Source of the DNA: an uncultured Acidobacteriota bacterium
Lineage (GTDB): Bacteria > Acidobacteriota > Vicinamibacteria > Vicinamibacterales > UBA2999
Direction: 5' to 3'
Length of the DNA: 64,000 nucleotides
NCBI GenBank assembly: GCA_963827515.1
Contig: CAWHBF010000022.1
Coordinates: 1,857-65,856 of the forward strand
Both the position numbers and the translations under genes were made by a program. Of this stretch, positions 31,221-42,138 are shown one piece after another; positions within the stretch are counted from its first letter, which is position 1, and each line of letters opens with the position of its first letter. The notes beneath the pieces are model-generated. The model saw only the letters and a program-made list of their open reading frames with translations, searched no databases and was not told the DNA's origin.

Positions 31221-34200
31221 AAGCCGTACTTCACTCCAAACTGGATGATCCGCGGCGCACCGGCCATGGTCGTGATCTGGCCGAAGGTGCCGGCGTCGTA
31301 GTTGATCACCGGATCGCCCCAGTTGAAATTGTTGAGAAGGTTGAACATCTCGAGACGGAGTTCCAGGTTGTGCCGGTCAGAGATGGACAGCTGCCTCGAG
31401 AGCGCCAGGTCAATGGTCCAGAACCCAGGGCCCTCGATGCTGCTGGGCGTCATGGTGCCGAGTTCACCGGCGGCGGGGTACGCGAACGCGGTGGCACTCA
31501 GGTAGTTCGTCAAGCTCTTGTCCCCGTAGGGATCGTCTTTCACCTGATTGATGACATTGCCCTGGATGCCCGTACCGGCGACGTCCCGGCCGGTGGTCAC
31601 CCCAAGCCAGGCGCCCGAACGCGCACTGAGGATGCCCGAAGCTCTCCAGCCGGATGCCAAGGCACGCATCGTCGCACCGCTGAACTCCGGCGTCTCGTAC
31701 CCGGTCGTGAGCGTGAAGACCTGGCGTCGGCTCTGGACGCAGTTCCCCCGATCGAATGCTGGATCATCCGGTTTCCGATAACCGGCGCTGATCTGCGGAA
31801 AACCAGTGACGACGGTGTTGCCCACGCAGCGCGATATTGTGTAGTTGCCGCTGAGAGTCACGCCGTCAACAGCGCGACGCCGAACCGACAGCTTCAGCCC
31901 GGCGTAATCCTGCGTGCCGAGGTCGTCGAATCGATCCACAGGTCCAAGCAACCGAGAGGCTTGTGGGTCCTCCAGAGACAGCACGCGCCGCTGGTCGAGG
32001 TTGTTCGCCGCGGTGCAGACCGGATAGGTCACTCCCTGGAGCGTGCAGGGACCGGTTCCCAGGAATACGCCGGGGTTGATCGCCACCTGGCCCCAGAGGC
32101 GATCGCTGTAGCTGCCCAGATAACTCGCCGCCGCCTGCCAAGCCGTACCGATCTGCTGTTCGACGGTGACGTTCCATGACTGGACCCTTGGCGAATTGAT
32201 ATCCGGGGACATCGAACCGAACGAGCCGTACACCGGGAACGGGGCGTCTGGCGGAGGAACCACGGGAATTGGATTGATGTCGCCACCAGGTACGCCCGCA
32301 TAGGGATCGTCGAACGTGACCCCCTCCAGCCGGAGGCGATTCGCATACGGCGACGCTGAGGCCGCGATGTAAAGGTACGCTGCGGTCATGAAGTCGTACG
32401 CCAATCCGTACGAGGTGCGCACCGCCGTGCGACCGGTCCCTGTCACGTCCCAGGCGACACCCACGCGGGGCGACAGGTTCCACCACTGCGGGTTCATGCC
32501 GGAGTTCCCGGATGGAAACCCGGGGTCACCGGGAAACATGAGACCAGCCGGTGCGTTCGTGAACACCGTGCTCTCGACGCCGTTCCGGAAGTTGTCGAGG
32601 CTGAAATTCGAAATCGCGCCATTCTGGACGTTCTGACCGAAAAACGGTTCCCAGCGAAGACCTGCGTTCACGGTCACGCGGTTCGTCGCCCTCCATGCAT
32701 CCTGTGCGTAAAGAGCGATGTAGGTCTGATCCAGAGGCAGGATCCCGGGCGCCCCGTGCTCCAGGCGAAACAGCTGCCCGCTGAGAAAGTCCGCCAGCGG
32801 CAAGCCCGTTCTGGAACCGTTGAAGGTGAAGTTCCCCACGGAGCGTCCGTTGATCAACTGATCGGACGTCCAGTACCGAATAGGTGCCGCCGACGCCGAT
32901 CTCATGGGCGCCCCGCACCATCGTGAAGTCATCGCTGATCTGGTAGTACTCCTGATCGACGTACTGCTTCACCGACCCGCCGGTCCCTATACTGAATGCG
33001 CTGGTCACATCCAAGACGATCTGGCCAGGGATGTACGTGTAGACCTTGCTACCCACCGACGGCGCATCCAGGAACGGCGCCAGGTCGATGTCCACGTGCG
33101 TCGGGTTCAGCGCCACACGCAGCGAATTGACCATGCTGGAGCCGAAGATGAGCGTGTCGCCGAACGTGAGGGACTTGGCGGTGCTCACTTTGGGCCGGCC
33201 CCGCACAGAGGTCGTCAGCATGTTGCTCGTTCTCGGCCAGGCCGCCTGCGCACTGAAATCGGTGTGCAGATACCGCCCGAAGACGGAGTGGTTGGCACTC
33301 AGCTGGTAGTCGATCTTGGCGACAGCCTGCCACTCGTCGTCATCAGCCGGCGCTCCGTAGGTGATAGCGCCGCATGGGTCCGTTGATTTCGGAAGCTTCT
33401 CGGCGACGTTGAGCGCAGCCGGACTGAACAGAGCGGGACTGAGCCGATTGTTCACGAACGGGGCACGCAACGCGATCTGCCGGCCACCGTTGCACGCAGG
33501 TGACGCAAACGCCGTGAAATCGCCGGCGAGCATTTCGGCGGTCGGCACCCACGCCTGGAGGTCGGCGGGAACTTGCCGGGTCCTCGTGCCCTGATACGCG
33601 CCGAAGAAGAAGAGCCGGTTCTGAACGAGCGGCCCGCCCAGCGTGCCCCCGTACTGGTTGCGGCTCAAACCGTCGTCCTGCCTCTTGCCGTCAGGTCCGA
33701 TAGCGGCGAACGGGTTGGTCGCGTTGAACTGATGGTCACGAAGGAACTCGAACGCGTTGCCGGAAACACGATTGGTGCCCGACTTCGTCACGGCATTGAC
33801 AGACGCCCCCGAGTGCACACCATTCTGAGCCGTGAGACCGCTCGTGGCCACCCTGAATTCCTGGAGCGCATCCGGAAAAGGAAGCGGCAGGTTCAGGTTG
33901 TTGTACGAATCGTTGTGCAGCGCGCCGTCGAGGAAGTACCCGACACCGAAGGAAAGTCCACCCGCAACCGAGATTTGCGCAGACCCCGGGGTAGCTCGCG
34001 CCGCGGAATTGCCCAGATCTGTCGCGACCGCGGCCCCAGCGAGCACGATCAGGTCGGTCACCTGGCGGCCCTGCAACGGAAGCTCGACGATACGCTCGTT
34101 CTCGATGACATCGCTGATGCCGGAACTCCTCACGTCGACGAGCGGCGCGGCCGCCTCGACCGTGACTGTCTCGGCCAAATCACCGAGGCCTAGCGCGACG

Positions 34201-34514
34201 TTGAGCGTCGGCGTGCCGCCGACCTGAAGGACGATGCCCGTCTGCGCGTAGGTGCGAAACCCCTGAAGCGCGACCTCCAGCCGATATGGACCGGTCGGGA
34301 GGTTGGTGATCTGATAGGCCCCCTCTCCATCGGTCACGACGCTTCGCGTAAGGCCGGTGTCTGTCTGAATCATCGTCACGGTGGCCCCGGGCAGCACGGC
34401 GCCGCTCTCATCGGCCACGCGGCCATTGATCTGTGCGGTCGCCTGCGCCCAGGCGGCAGTGCTCACCGCGAGACTCAACACGCCGATGGTGAAGGTCTGA
34501 AACAGCCGCTGCAT
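31217..34514 (-). CDS. TonB-dependent receptor, Oar-like with carboxypeptidase-regulatory N-domain; frameshift ~32880
   Basis: DESGAVLPGATVT, TKSGTN, YAQDAWR, SPRVGVAWD, C-terminal QFGVKYGF. Confidence 0.9.
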
Positions 34515-34686
34515 GCTCTCCTCCTCTAGTAGGTGACGGAGCGTTCCTGCCGAGGTACCGCGCGATGGGCGGCGAGTATAGTCGCAACCGACAGGCCGAT
34601 CAATCGACCGTATCGCGCCCTGGTTACCGAAGGAAGGGTCGTCGAGCCAAGACCAGAGCGGTGGAGGCCGTGCGCGTCATGATGTT

Positions 34687-35082
34687 CTACCGGGTCGGTG
34701 TTCCGGCAGCTCCGGTGAACGGACGACCATCGGCGAGCGTGATGGCATCGGCGACGCTACGCGTCAGCACGACCCGGCCACCGAAACCCTTGAACGAAAT
34801 CTTGTCCCCGGCCTTGAGGTCGTTCCTGGTCCATCCACGGCGCAGAACGCTGTTGGGGCTTCCCAGCTCCAAGTTCCACGTGGTCACAACTCCCTTGGGA
34901 TCGGTGACATCGACGTACACACGCATGTGCGGATTCGTCCACTCGACTTTTGAGACGACTCCGGTTCCCTCCACCGGCTTCCTCGGGTCGTACTCAACCT
35001 CGAACGAATGGTGGGCGGCTACCGGTACCACCAGGGAGAACAATCCGAAACAAGCCACGAGCATCCGAAGTTTCCTACTCAT
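34687..35082 (-). CDS. DUF6152 family protein
   Basis: Signal peptide, AHHS, WTNPH, W..E.GSPN.L.RRGW, LADG. Confidence 0.8.
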   Translation of the reverse strand: MSRKLRMLVACFGLFSLVVPVAAHHSFEVEYDPRKPVEGTGVVSKVEWTNPHMRVYVDVTDPKGVVTTWNLELGSPNSVLRRGWTRNDLKAGDKISFKGFGGRVVLTRSVADAITLADGRPFTGAAGTPTR

Positions 35083-35113
35083 CACACATTTCTCCCTACG
35101 AACCGGAATGGGG

Positions 35114-36004
35114 CTACTTCGGCGGGGCCTGCTCCAGCCCAAACCCCTTGTCCTTGTAAACATTGGGAAGACCGGCCGCGATTCCGAACTGGTTGTTCTC
35201 GACGCAGATGAACTCGAGCAGCTCCTCGTCCGGAGGCAGCGCCTTGGCCGTGAACTTCAGATTGACCGGCCGGGAGAACGTGCCTGGGTCGTCCAGCGTC
35301 AGCTCGTTCGTCATGGTTCCGTAGTTAATCCGGGTCCAGCGCTCGATCGTGTGCAGCTGCTCAGTGTGTGGCGTGCCGCGACTGTCCATCCAGAACTTGT
35401 CGTTGATACCAACGGTGTCAACGACGAGAGTGTCGCCATCCCAACGCCCGATCGAGTGTCCCCACCATGTGGGCAGCGGATCTGCCGGGTGCTTGCGGCC
35501 GTCCATGAAGATTTGCCGATGCCCGCCACCGTCGCCGTTCTCGTGGAGCACGAAGATATGGGTATTGCCCTTCGCCGAATACGCCTGGACGAACCGCCAC
35601 GGGTACGGATTTACCCGCGGAATCCCCATCGGAGTGCAATACAAATAGGGCTCATCCTCTTCCTTACGGGAGTCCCGGAGCGCCTTGGCCCATGGCAGGA
35701 GCGGCAACTCACCCGGCTTCAACCCACCGTTCGCTTCGATATCGTTGTTCGACCCGCCCCCGACCCATGGCCCGGACAGGTCCGGCCTGCCGTCGTGCAA
35801 CCTCGGCGTCGGAAGTGCGGCGATCTCCGGTCGGGCAATCGGCGTGAATTCGGTTCCGAGCTTACCGAATCGATCCTCCGCCACCGATGCGCCGCTGCCG
35901 ACCCCCAGAGTGTTGTTCTGTCCGGTCCCCGTCTCCTGCGCCAGGAGCGACCACGACGCAGTCAATCCGACAAGGGCAACGCCGACGATAAGTGCTCTTC
36001 CCAC
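35114..36004 (-). CDS. Secreted hypothetical protein, DUF6152 partner
   Basis: RBS GAGGAGG; PDLSGPW, CTPMG, GHSIGRWDGDTLVVDT, DDPG, EFIC.EN. Confidence 0.78.
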   Translation of the reverse strand: MGRALIVGVALVGLTASWSLLAQETGTGQNNTLGVGSGASVAEDRFGKLGTEFTPIARPEIAALPTPRLHDGRPDLSGPWVGGGSNNDIEANGGLKPGELPLLPWAKALRDSRKEEDEPYLYCTPMGIPRVNPYPWRFVQAYSAKGNTHIFVLHENGDGGGHRQIFMDGRKHPADPLPTWWGHSIGRWDGDTLVVDTVGINDKFWMDSRGTPHTEQLHTIERWTRINYGTMTNELTLDDPGTFSRPVNLKFTAKALPPDEELLEFICVENNQFGIAAGLPNVYKDKGFGLEQAPPK

Positions 36005-36185
36005 GTAGGCCTCCTCAGACAGATTCGAAGCAACAGGAACCGAATCATACGGATCCACTGCACCCGACCGCAAGTCGCAAGTGTCGTGCCCCGCCGTTGA
36101 ACAGACGCCGCTCATATCGCATTCTCGAGGCGGTGACACATCTCCCGCGCGGAGAAGGCTGGCGCGGCAGCCATATAATCCGAGC

Positions 36186-36593
36186 ATGGCGCAATGGCTG
36201 GTGAAGGAAGAGCCGGAACACTACGGGTTCGACCAGCTCGAGCGGGACGGCACGTCGGCCTGGACCGGTGTCCGAAACCCTCTCGCACAGAAGCACCTTC
36301 GTGGCATCCGGAAAGGCGATCGAATCTTCTACTACCACACGGGTAAGGAGAAGGCGGTCGTCGCTGTGGCGCAGGCCACCGGCCATGCGTACCAGGACCC
36401 CTCGGACGCCTCGGGCAAGCTCCACGCGGTGGATATCGCGCCGGTACGAAAGCTCGCCAAGCCGGTCACGCTTGCCGCCATCAAGGCCGACCCCGCGTTC
36501 GCGTCCTTCGCGCTCGTCAGAATGTCCCGGCTCTCGGTGATGCCGGTCACCGACGCCGAGTGGAAACGAATCGAAGAAATGAGTCGTTCGTGA
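36186..36593 (+). CDS. EVE domain protein
   Basis: WLVKEEP, WTGVRN, FYYHTG, RLSVMPV. Confidence 0.9.
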   Translation: MAQWLVKEEPEHYGFDQLERDGTSAWTGVRNPLAQKHLRGIRKGDRIFYYHTGKEKAVVAVAQATGHAYQDPSDASGKLHAVDIAPVRKLAKPVTLAAIKADPAFASFALVRMSRLSVMPVTDAEWKRIEEMSRS

Positions 36594-36641
36594 CGTTCGG
36601 AACGTTCGAGTCGTTCGGGTCGTTCGAATCGCTGTCGTTCA
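36582..36641. repeat. 9-mer tandem array (NNNCGTTCG)
   Basis: gtcgttcg tgacgttcg gaacgttcg agtcgttcg ggtcgttcg. Confidence 0.8.
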
Positions 36642-36651
36642 AACGGGGTTT

Positions 36652-37503
36652 GTGAGACCGCTGGTTTTTCTGGTCGCTCTGTGCGGCGCCTTGTGCGGCC
36701 TGCTGCTCCACGCTCAGGAGGAGCCGCTGCCTTCCCTGTTGATCGCGCGTCAGCTCGCGGAAATCGAGGGGCTGGCGGTCGGCGACACGGTGGAACTGGC
36801 GACCGACGCACAAGGCGGCGTGGCACGCACGTTTCACATCGCCGGCATCTACGAACCCACACCCGACCCGATGCGACTGGGGGAATCGCCGCGTGAGGTG
36901 CGCCTGCACCTCCCGGACCTCCTCGAGCTCACGCGGGACGAGTCCACACCGGCCGGGACGGAATACGTCGAAGCCATCAACGTCGCACTCGTGGATCCGG
37001 CGGACGCGGACGCGTTTTCCGAAAGGCTCAACGCGACAATCCCTGGTCTCCTTGCGCGCCCGACGAGCGGCGCCGCAGGATCCGGCAGCACCTTCGTGGT
37101 CCTCGAACGCTTCCACCTTGCCATTGCCGCGGTCACGATCCTGGCGTCCACGGTGTTCCTCCTGGCGCTCACGATCATGCTCGTGGACGAGCGGCGCGAG
37201 GCGGTTGGCATGCTCCGGCTCATCGGTCTCCCCGCACGACGCATCCTGATGCAGGTCCTGCTCGAAGGACTGCTCATCGCCTCCTCCGGTGCGGTGTTCG
37301 GCCTCGTGCTCGCGCGGGCATCGGAGTATCTGATCAACACCTTCTTCCAGTGGCGTTACGACACCGCGCTCATCTTCGTTCGCGTCACCCCTGACGTGGC
37401 GGCGGTCTGCGTGGCCATTGCGGTGCCGCTCGGCGCGGCGGCCACGGTCGCGGCATCCTGGGCGCTGCTGCGACGCAGCGGCCTGAGGCTCGCCCGCCGA
37501 TGA
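36652..37503 (+). CDS. FtsX/MacB-like ABC permease
   Basis: VDERREAVGMLRLIG, C-terminal TM helices. Confidence 0.82.
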   Translation: MRPLVFLVALCGALCGLLLHAQEEPLPSLLIARQLAEIEGLAVGDTVELATDAQGGVARTFHIAGIYEPTPDPMRLGESPREVRLHLPDLLELTRDESTPAGTEYVEAINVALVDPADADAFSERLNATIPGLLARPTSGAAGSGSTFVVLERFHLAIAAVTILASTVFLLALTIMLVDERREAVGMLRLIGLPARRILMQVLLEGLLIASSGAVFGLVLARASEYLINTFFQWRYDTALIFVRVTPDVAAVCVAIAVPLGAAATVAASWALLRRSGLRLARR

Positions 37504-38684
37504 ATGCCCTCGGTTTCGCCTGGCGCAGTCTCGTCCGCCAGCCGGCGCGTGCCACGCTCGGCATTCTCGGCGTCGCGGCAGTGGGCGCACTGCTGTTCGA
37601 CATGCTCCTTCTGTCGGAAGGGCTCGTCATCTCGATGCGTGACCTGCTCGACAGGATGGGGTTCGAAATCAGAGTGACGGCCACCGATCAGCTTCCCGGC
37701 CGCGGCCCGGACATTCTCGATGCCGCCGCCGTCGCCTCGAGCCTCGCGACCCTGCCATCGGTCCGCTCGGTCATGACGATGCGAACCGAGGATGCGACCA
37801 TCGAGCGGACGGACGGCACCGAGCTCCGGGCCTCACTGCTTGGCGCGGGCGGCGAGTCGCTCCGACCCTGGACGGTCCTCCGCGGGCGTGACGTCTCGGG
37901 CCAGCGCGAAATAGTCGTCAACGACTACGCGTCCCGCACGCTTGGTGTCGAGCCGGACGCCACGGTCACCCTTCGAGCCTCCTGCGCGCGCGGCGCCGAA
38001 GCCCCGCCGCCCGTCGAGTTTCGCATCGTCGGCGTCGCCGAGTTCCCCTTCGATACGCCGGGCGCGTCCGAGCTGGGCACGACCGCGTCCGCACTTGCCG
38101 CGGCATGCGGCGCCGAGGGCGAGTCGTCCGCCGACTTCATCGTCGTCCAATCCACTGGCGACGCCGACGCCGCGGCTGCCGAGATCTCCGCGTTGCGGCC
38201 CGATCTTCGGCCCTTCACGAACGACCAGGCGATTGGCCAGATGGAACGGGGCGGTTTCACGTACTTCCGGCAGATCTCCACGGTCCTGACGACCGTCACG
38301 CTGTCGTTCGCGCTGCTGCTCATCACGGTGCTCCTGACCGTGTCGGTGAATCAGCGGCTCGGTGAGGTGGCGGCGCTCCGCGCGCTGGGCTTCTCGCGGC
38401 GGCGTGTCGTGCTCGACGTGCTGTGCGAATCGGCGCTGATCGTCGGCATCGGCGGCGTCCTGTCGCTTCCGCTCGGGGTGCTGCTGGCGGTGTGGCTCGA
38501 CAGGATCCTCAAAGGGATGCCGGGCATTCCCACGAGCCTCCATTTTTTCGTCTTCGAGCCGCAGGCGCTCTGGATGCACGGCGCACTCCTGGCGGCGACG
38601 GCGATCCTCGCAGCTGTCTACCCCATGCGAATCGTCGCGCGGCTTCCGATCGCGGCGACACTGCGGAATGAAGTGATTGGGTGA
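37500..38684 (+). CDS. FtsX/MacB-like ABC permease
   Basis: AWRSLVRQPAR, VNQRLGEVAALRALG. Confidence 0.85.
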   Translation: MNALGFAWRSLVRQPARATLGILGVAAVGALLFDMLLLSEGLVISMRDLLDRMGFEIRVTATDQLPGRGPDILDAAAVASSLATLPSVRSVMTMRTEDATIERTDGTELRASLLGAGGESLRPWTVLRGRDVSGQREIVVNDYASRTLGVEPDATVTLRASCARGAEAPPPVEFRIVGVAEFPFDTPGASELGTTASALAAACGAEGESSADFIVVQSTGDADAAAAEISALRPDLRPFTNDQAIGQMERGGFTYFRQISTVLTTVTLSFALLLITVLLTVSVNQRLGEVAALRALGFSRRRVVLDVLCESALIVGIGGVLSLPLGVLLAVWLDRILKGMPGIPTSLHFFVFEPQALWMHGALLAATAILAAVYPMRIVARLPIAATLRNEVIG

Positions 38685-38685
38685 G

Positions 38686-38878
38686 GATGAACCATGAACC
38701 GCGTCGTTCACCCTTCTGCCTTCTCGGTTCTCCGTTCGTGTTCAGGTTCGGTTCGCGGTTCAGGTTCACTGTTCGGGGTTCGTCGAACGTGAACACGAAC
38801 CGAGAAGAAAGAACGTAGAAGCGTGAACGACGATGTTCAGGTTCGCGTGAACGACGATGTTCAGGTTCGCGTGAACGA
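38686..38878. repeat. GTTC/GAAC short-unit arrays in inverted arrangement plus an exact 24-bp duplication
   Basis: gttcgt gttcag gttcg... / gaacgt gaacac gaacc...; GTGAACGACGATGTTCAGGTTCGC twice (38823-38870). Confidence 0.8.
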
Positions 38879-38879
38879 A

Positions 38880-39557
38880 ATGATCGTGGAGGCCCGTCAC
38901 GTGACGCGGAGTTTCGCGATGCCGGCTGGTCCGGTGTTCGCGGTCCGTGATGTCACCGTCGCGATCGCGCCGGGTGAGCACACCGCCATCAGCGGGCCGT
39001 CGGGATGCGGAAAGTCGACGCTGCTGCACATCCTCGGATGCGTGGACGCACCTTCGTCGGGCACGTTGATGTTCGACGGCAAGGACGCCTCGACGCTGAA
39101 CGATCGGGAGCGCAGCCTGCTGCGACTCCGGCACGTCGGGTTCGTCTTCCAGCGATTCTTCCTGCTCCCGATGTTGACGGCCGCTGAAAACGTCGAGCTT
39201 CCGCAGGCCGAGGCCGGTATACCGCGACACGAACGCCGGCGTCGCAGCCTCGAGCTGCTCGACTACGTGGGGCTCGCCGAGCGCGCCGATCACCGGCCGT
39301 CACAGCTCTCGGGCGGCGAGATGCAGCGCGTCGCCATCGCTCGGGCGCTCGCCAACCGTCCCCGCCTGGTGCTCGCGGACGAGCCGACTGGCGAACTGGA
39401 TCAGGCCACGGGCGAGCATGTCGCCTCGCTGCTCGATCGAGTCAACGCCGACGGCACCGCGCTGGTCATCGTCACACACGATCCGGCACTGGCCAACCGC
39501 GCCAGGCGCGTGCTGACGATGAGAGACGGCCGGGTCGAACAGGACACCATCCGATGA
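38880..39557 (+). CDS. ABC transporter ATP-binding protein (LolD/MacB-type)
   Basis: [23 protein letters not shown]. Confidence 0.92.
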   Translation: MIVEARHVTRSFAMPAGPVFAVRDVTVAIAPGEHTAISGPSGCGKSTLLHILGCVDAPSSGTLMFDGKDASTLNDRERSLLRLRHVGFVFQRFFLLPMLTAAENVELPQAEAGIPRHERRRRSLELLDYVGLAERADHRPSQLSGGEMQRVAIARALANRPRLVLADEPTGELDQATGEHVASLLDRVNADGTALVIVTHDPALANRARRVLTMRDGRVEQDTIR

Positions 39558-41476
39558 TCGGACGGCTCGCGCTCCGTTCGCTCACGGCGCATCCCGTTCG
39601 CAGCGCCGTGCTCGCGGCCGGGTTCGGAGTGGGTGTCGCGGTGATGGCCATCCTGCTCGGGGTCGCGCAGGTCGTACTCGAACAATCGCGTGCGCCGGCC
39701 CTGGTTGGCGGAGGCGACGTCCTGATCCGCCTGGCACCCGAAGTACCCGCACGTCTGGTGCTCTCGGGCGCGCTCCAGTCCGACGCGTTCAGACCTGGGA
39801 TTGCGACGGCCGCACCGACGCACACGGCGAGGCTCTATCTTCGGCACGGTGGACGAAGCACCCGCGTCGCCGCGCGCGGCGGCATTCCCAGTCTGGAACG
39901 CGTGCTCGGTGATGAGGAAGTCGCCGGGATCCCGAACTGGCGCGACTCGCCGAACGACATCGCGTGGACACAGGACACGCCCGAGAAGGTGCTGCGCTAC
40001 ATCGACCGATTTCACGCCATTCCCGACGCACCCACCTGGGGCGCCTCGTGGGCGGAATGGCTGTACTTCAACGGCCGCGCCTCCGGCGCCCGCTTCTATC
40101 TCACGTTTCTCGTCGGACCCTCCATGACCGACGGCCGCCGGCGCGCCGGGGTCCGGTTGCAGCTCGACCGCGGGGGTCGAGTCGAGACCTTCACGGCCAG
40201 CCAACCGGTGGCCGACGCCGACGCCCAAAAGGCGCCGGACCTCGACATCGGCGAGAGCTTCGTCCGGCTCGAGGGCATGACCTACCGAGTGCACCTCGAT
40301 CTGCGAGACGAGAAGGGCCGCCGGGCACGGGGCGACCTGACCATTGAAGCGTCCCCAGGGCGGCTGGTGCCGCCACTCGAGATCTCGGGCGCCCTCGGAT
40401 GGCGATCGGGTTATGTGGTGCCGGTGATGTCAGGCCGACTCGACGGAACCCTGGATGTCGGCGACGAACGCGTCTCGTTTGCGGGCGGCACCGGGTATCA
40501 CGATCACAACTGGGGGTTCTGGCAAGGTGTGTCGTGGCAGTGGGGGCAAGTGCAACAGGGCGATGTGTCCCTGCTGTATGGGCGCGTTTTTCCACCCAGC
40601 GAAGCCGCCGATGCCGACCGCGTGCCGGGATTCGTCGGCGTGCTGGGCCCCGACGGTCCTCTTGGGTACGCGACAGACGTGACGATCGAGGAGACGAACG
40701 ATGCAGGCGGTGCCCCGCAGGTGATCATCGTGCGTGCGCGGGGCTCCGACCTGAACGTCCAGATCCGATTCGACGTCGAGGCAGCCGTCACCACAAGGGG
40801 GACCGGATCGGCGTCGGCCGCCGCGTCGGGTCCGCTCGGCAGCGGACTCGATTTTCTACAACTGCGCGGCACCTACACCGTGACCGGCCACGCGGGAGCA
40901 CGGACGCTGAAGTTCTCGGCGCCGGGAAGCGCGGAGACGTTCAGGGGCACCCGCCCGCGCACGCTAAAGCGGTTTGCGTTTCGCCGTAGAGCGCACGCTT
41001 CAGCGTGCGCGTGTCCGCGGAGGCTAAAGCCTCCGCTCTACGCCGAATCGAAAAACGCTCGGGCGTTTACTCTACGACGCCTGCTACCGCGCACGCTGAA
41101 GCATGCGCTCTACGCGGCCGGCGAGACCGTCACCGCGCCGCGTCTAATGCGTGCCGGGCCGCGATTTGCGCTCTTCGCCTTCGCAGGCTCAGCGCCTCGA
41201 GGGTCTGCTCGAGCGGCAGCCTCACCTGCACCATCTGCGCGGCTTCCTGACGACGTCGAATCTCCACCCGGAAACACTCGAAACAGAGCGTCCGCGGCCG
41301 ATCCAACCGCGGATCGTCCTCGTGGGGTCGAAAGCCATAGCGGGCTTCTTTCGCCTGGCACGACGCGCACAGGAGCGGCGTCTGCGGCGACCGGTCCACC
41401 TTCGGACGCGGTGGGGTGGTCCATCCCTGGTCGAGTGCGAGCTGTGCTGACATCTGTCCTCCTCCGTGGGTGCTGA
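39554..41476 (+). CDS. Permease N-terminus fused to an AttH/CrtC lipocalin-like domain; 3' end beyond ~40950 is repeat read-through
   Basis: LALRSL..HPVRS plus TM; EWLYFN, GYHDHNWG..WQW; ORF crosses the element and an antisense gene. Confidence 0.65.
   Translation: MIGRLALRSLTAHPVRSAVLAAGFGVGVAVMAILLGVAQVVLEQSRAPALVGGGDVLIRLAPEVPARLVLSGALQSDAFRPGIATAAPTHTARLYLRHGGRSTRVAARGGIPSLERVLGDEEVAGIPNWRDSPNDIAWTQDTPEKVLRYIDRFHAIPDAPTWGASWAEWLYFNGRASGARFYLTFLVGPSMTDGRRRAGVRLQLDRGGRVETFTASQPVADADAQKAPDLDIGESFVRLEGMTYRVHLDLRDEKGRRARGDLTIEASPGRLVPPLEISGALGWRSGYVVPVMSGRLDGTLDVGDERVSFAGGTGYHDHNWGFWQGVSWQWGQVQQGDVSLLYGRVFPPSEAADADRVPGFVGVLGPDGPLGYATDVTIEETNDAGGAPQVIIVRARGSDLNVQIRFDVEAAVTTRGTGSASAAASGPLGSGLDFLQLRGTYTVTGHAGARTLKFSAPGSAETFRGTRPRTLKRFAFRRRAHASACACPRRLKPPLYAESKNARAFTLRRLLPRTLKHALYAAGETVTAPRLMRAGPRFALFAFAGSAPRGSARAAASPAPSARLPDDVESPPGNTRNRASAADPTADRPRGVESHSGLLSPGTTRTGAASAATGPPSDAVGWSIPGRVRAVLTSVLLRGC
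40964..41113. repeat. Element copy (40964-41060) plus solo REP hairpin (41089-41113)
   Basis: Direct sequence match to the other copies. Confidence 0.9.
41130..41453 (-). CDS. Small protein with two CxxC motifs (putative zinc finger)
   Basis: CASC...CFEC; RBS GGAGGAGG; upstream TACACT. Confidence 0.65.
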   Translation of the reverse strand: MSAQLALDQGWTTPPRPKVDRSPQTPLLCASCQAKEARYGFRPHEDDPRLDRPRTLCFECFRVEIRRRQEAAQMVQVRLPLEQTLEALSLRRRRAQIAARHALDAAR

Positions 41477-41535
41477 ACCCAGTGTAAGGAGACGCTGTGA
41501 CAGCCTAGGTCATCGATGGTGACCGACGTGCCGCG

Positions 41536-42136
41536 TCAGTCTTCCTCCGGGCGGCTTCCCCCGACACCCATCTCACCCGTCCATCGCATGGCGCCGGGAA
41601 CCTCTACACCGGTACTGGTCGAGGATTCGCTCGACCGTGTGATCGACGATGTCCGAGAGGGAGCGCGGGTGGCTGTAGAACGCCGGCATGGGCGGCAGGA
41701 TGACCGCGCCCATGCGGGACAGCTTCAACATGTTCTCCAGATGAATCTCGCTGAGCGGCGTCTCGCGCACTGCGAGCAACAGCTTCCGGCGCTCCTTGAG
41801 GACGACGTCCGCCGCACGATGGATGAGGCCATCGCCAAATCCGTGCGCGATCGCGCCGAGCGTCTTGGCACTGCACGGCGCGATGATCATCCCGGCTGTC
41901 TGAAACGACCCGCTCGAGATCGCGGCGCCCATGTCGCCCGCGACGTACGACGTGTGCGCGAGCGCTTCGACCTGCTCGCGTGAGTACGGTGTTTCGTGCA
42001 CGAGCGTGCGCGCGCCCCAGCGGCTGATCACGAGATGCGTCTCGACGCCCGCGTCGCGGAGCCGCTCCAGCAACCGGATGCCGTAGATGACGCCAGTGGC
42101 GCCGGTGATGCCGACGATGAGACGCGTGGGTTTCAT
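41536..42136 (-). CDS. ubiX: Flavin prenyltransferase UbiX, frameshift ~41605
   Basis: GITGATG, ISSGS, APCS, RAADVVLKERR, RETP, PPMPAFY. Confidence 0.92.
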
Positions 42137-42138
42137 TC

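Noticed and set aside
34565-36100. 511-aa plus-strand ORF
   Set aside because: Antisense shadow of two well-supported minus-strand genes; expected in high-GC DNA.
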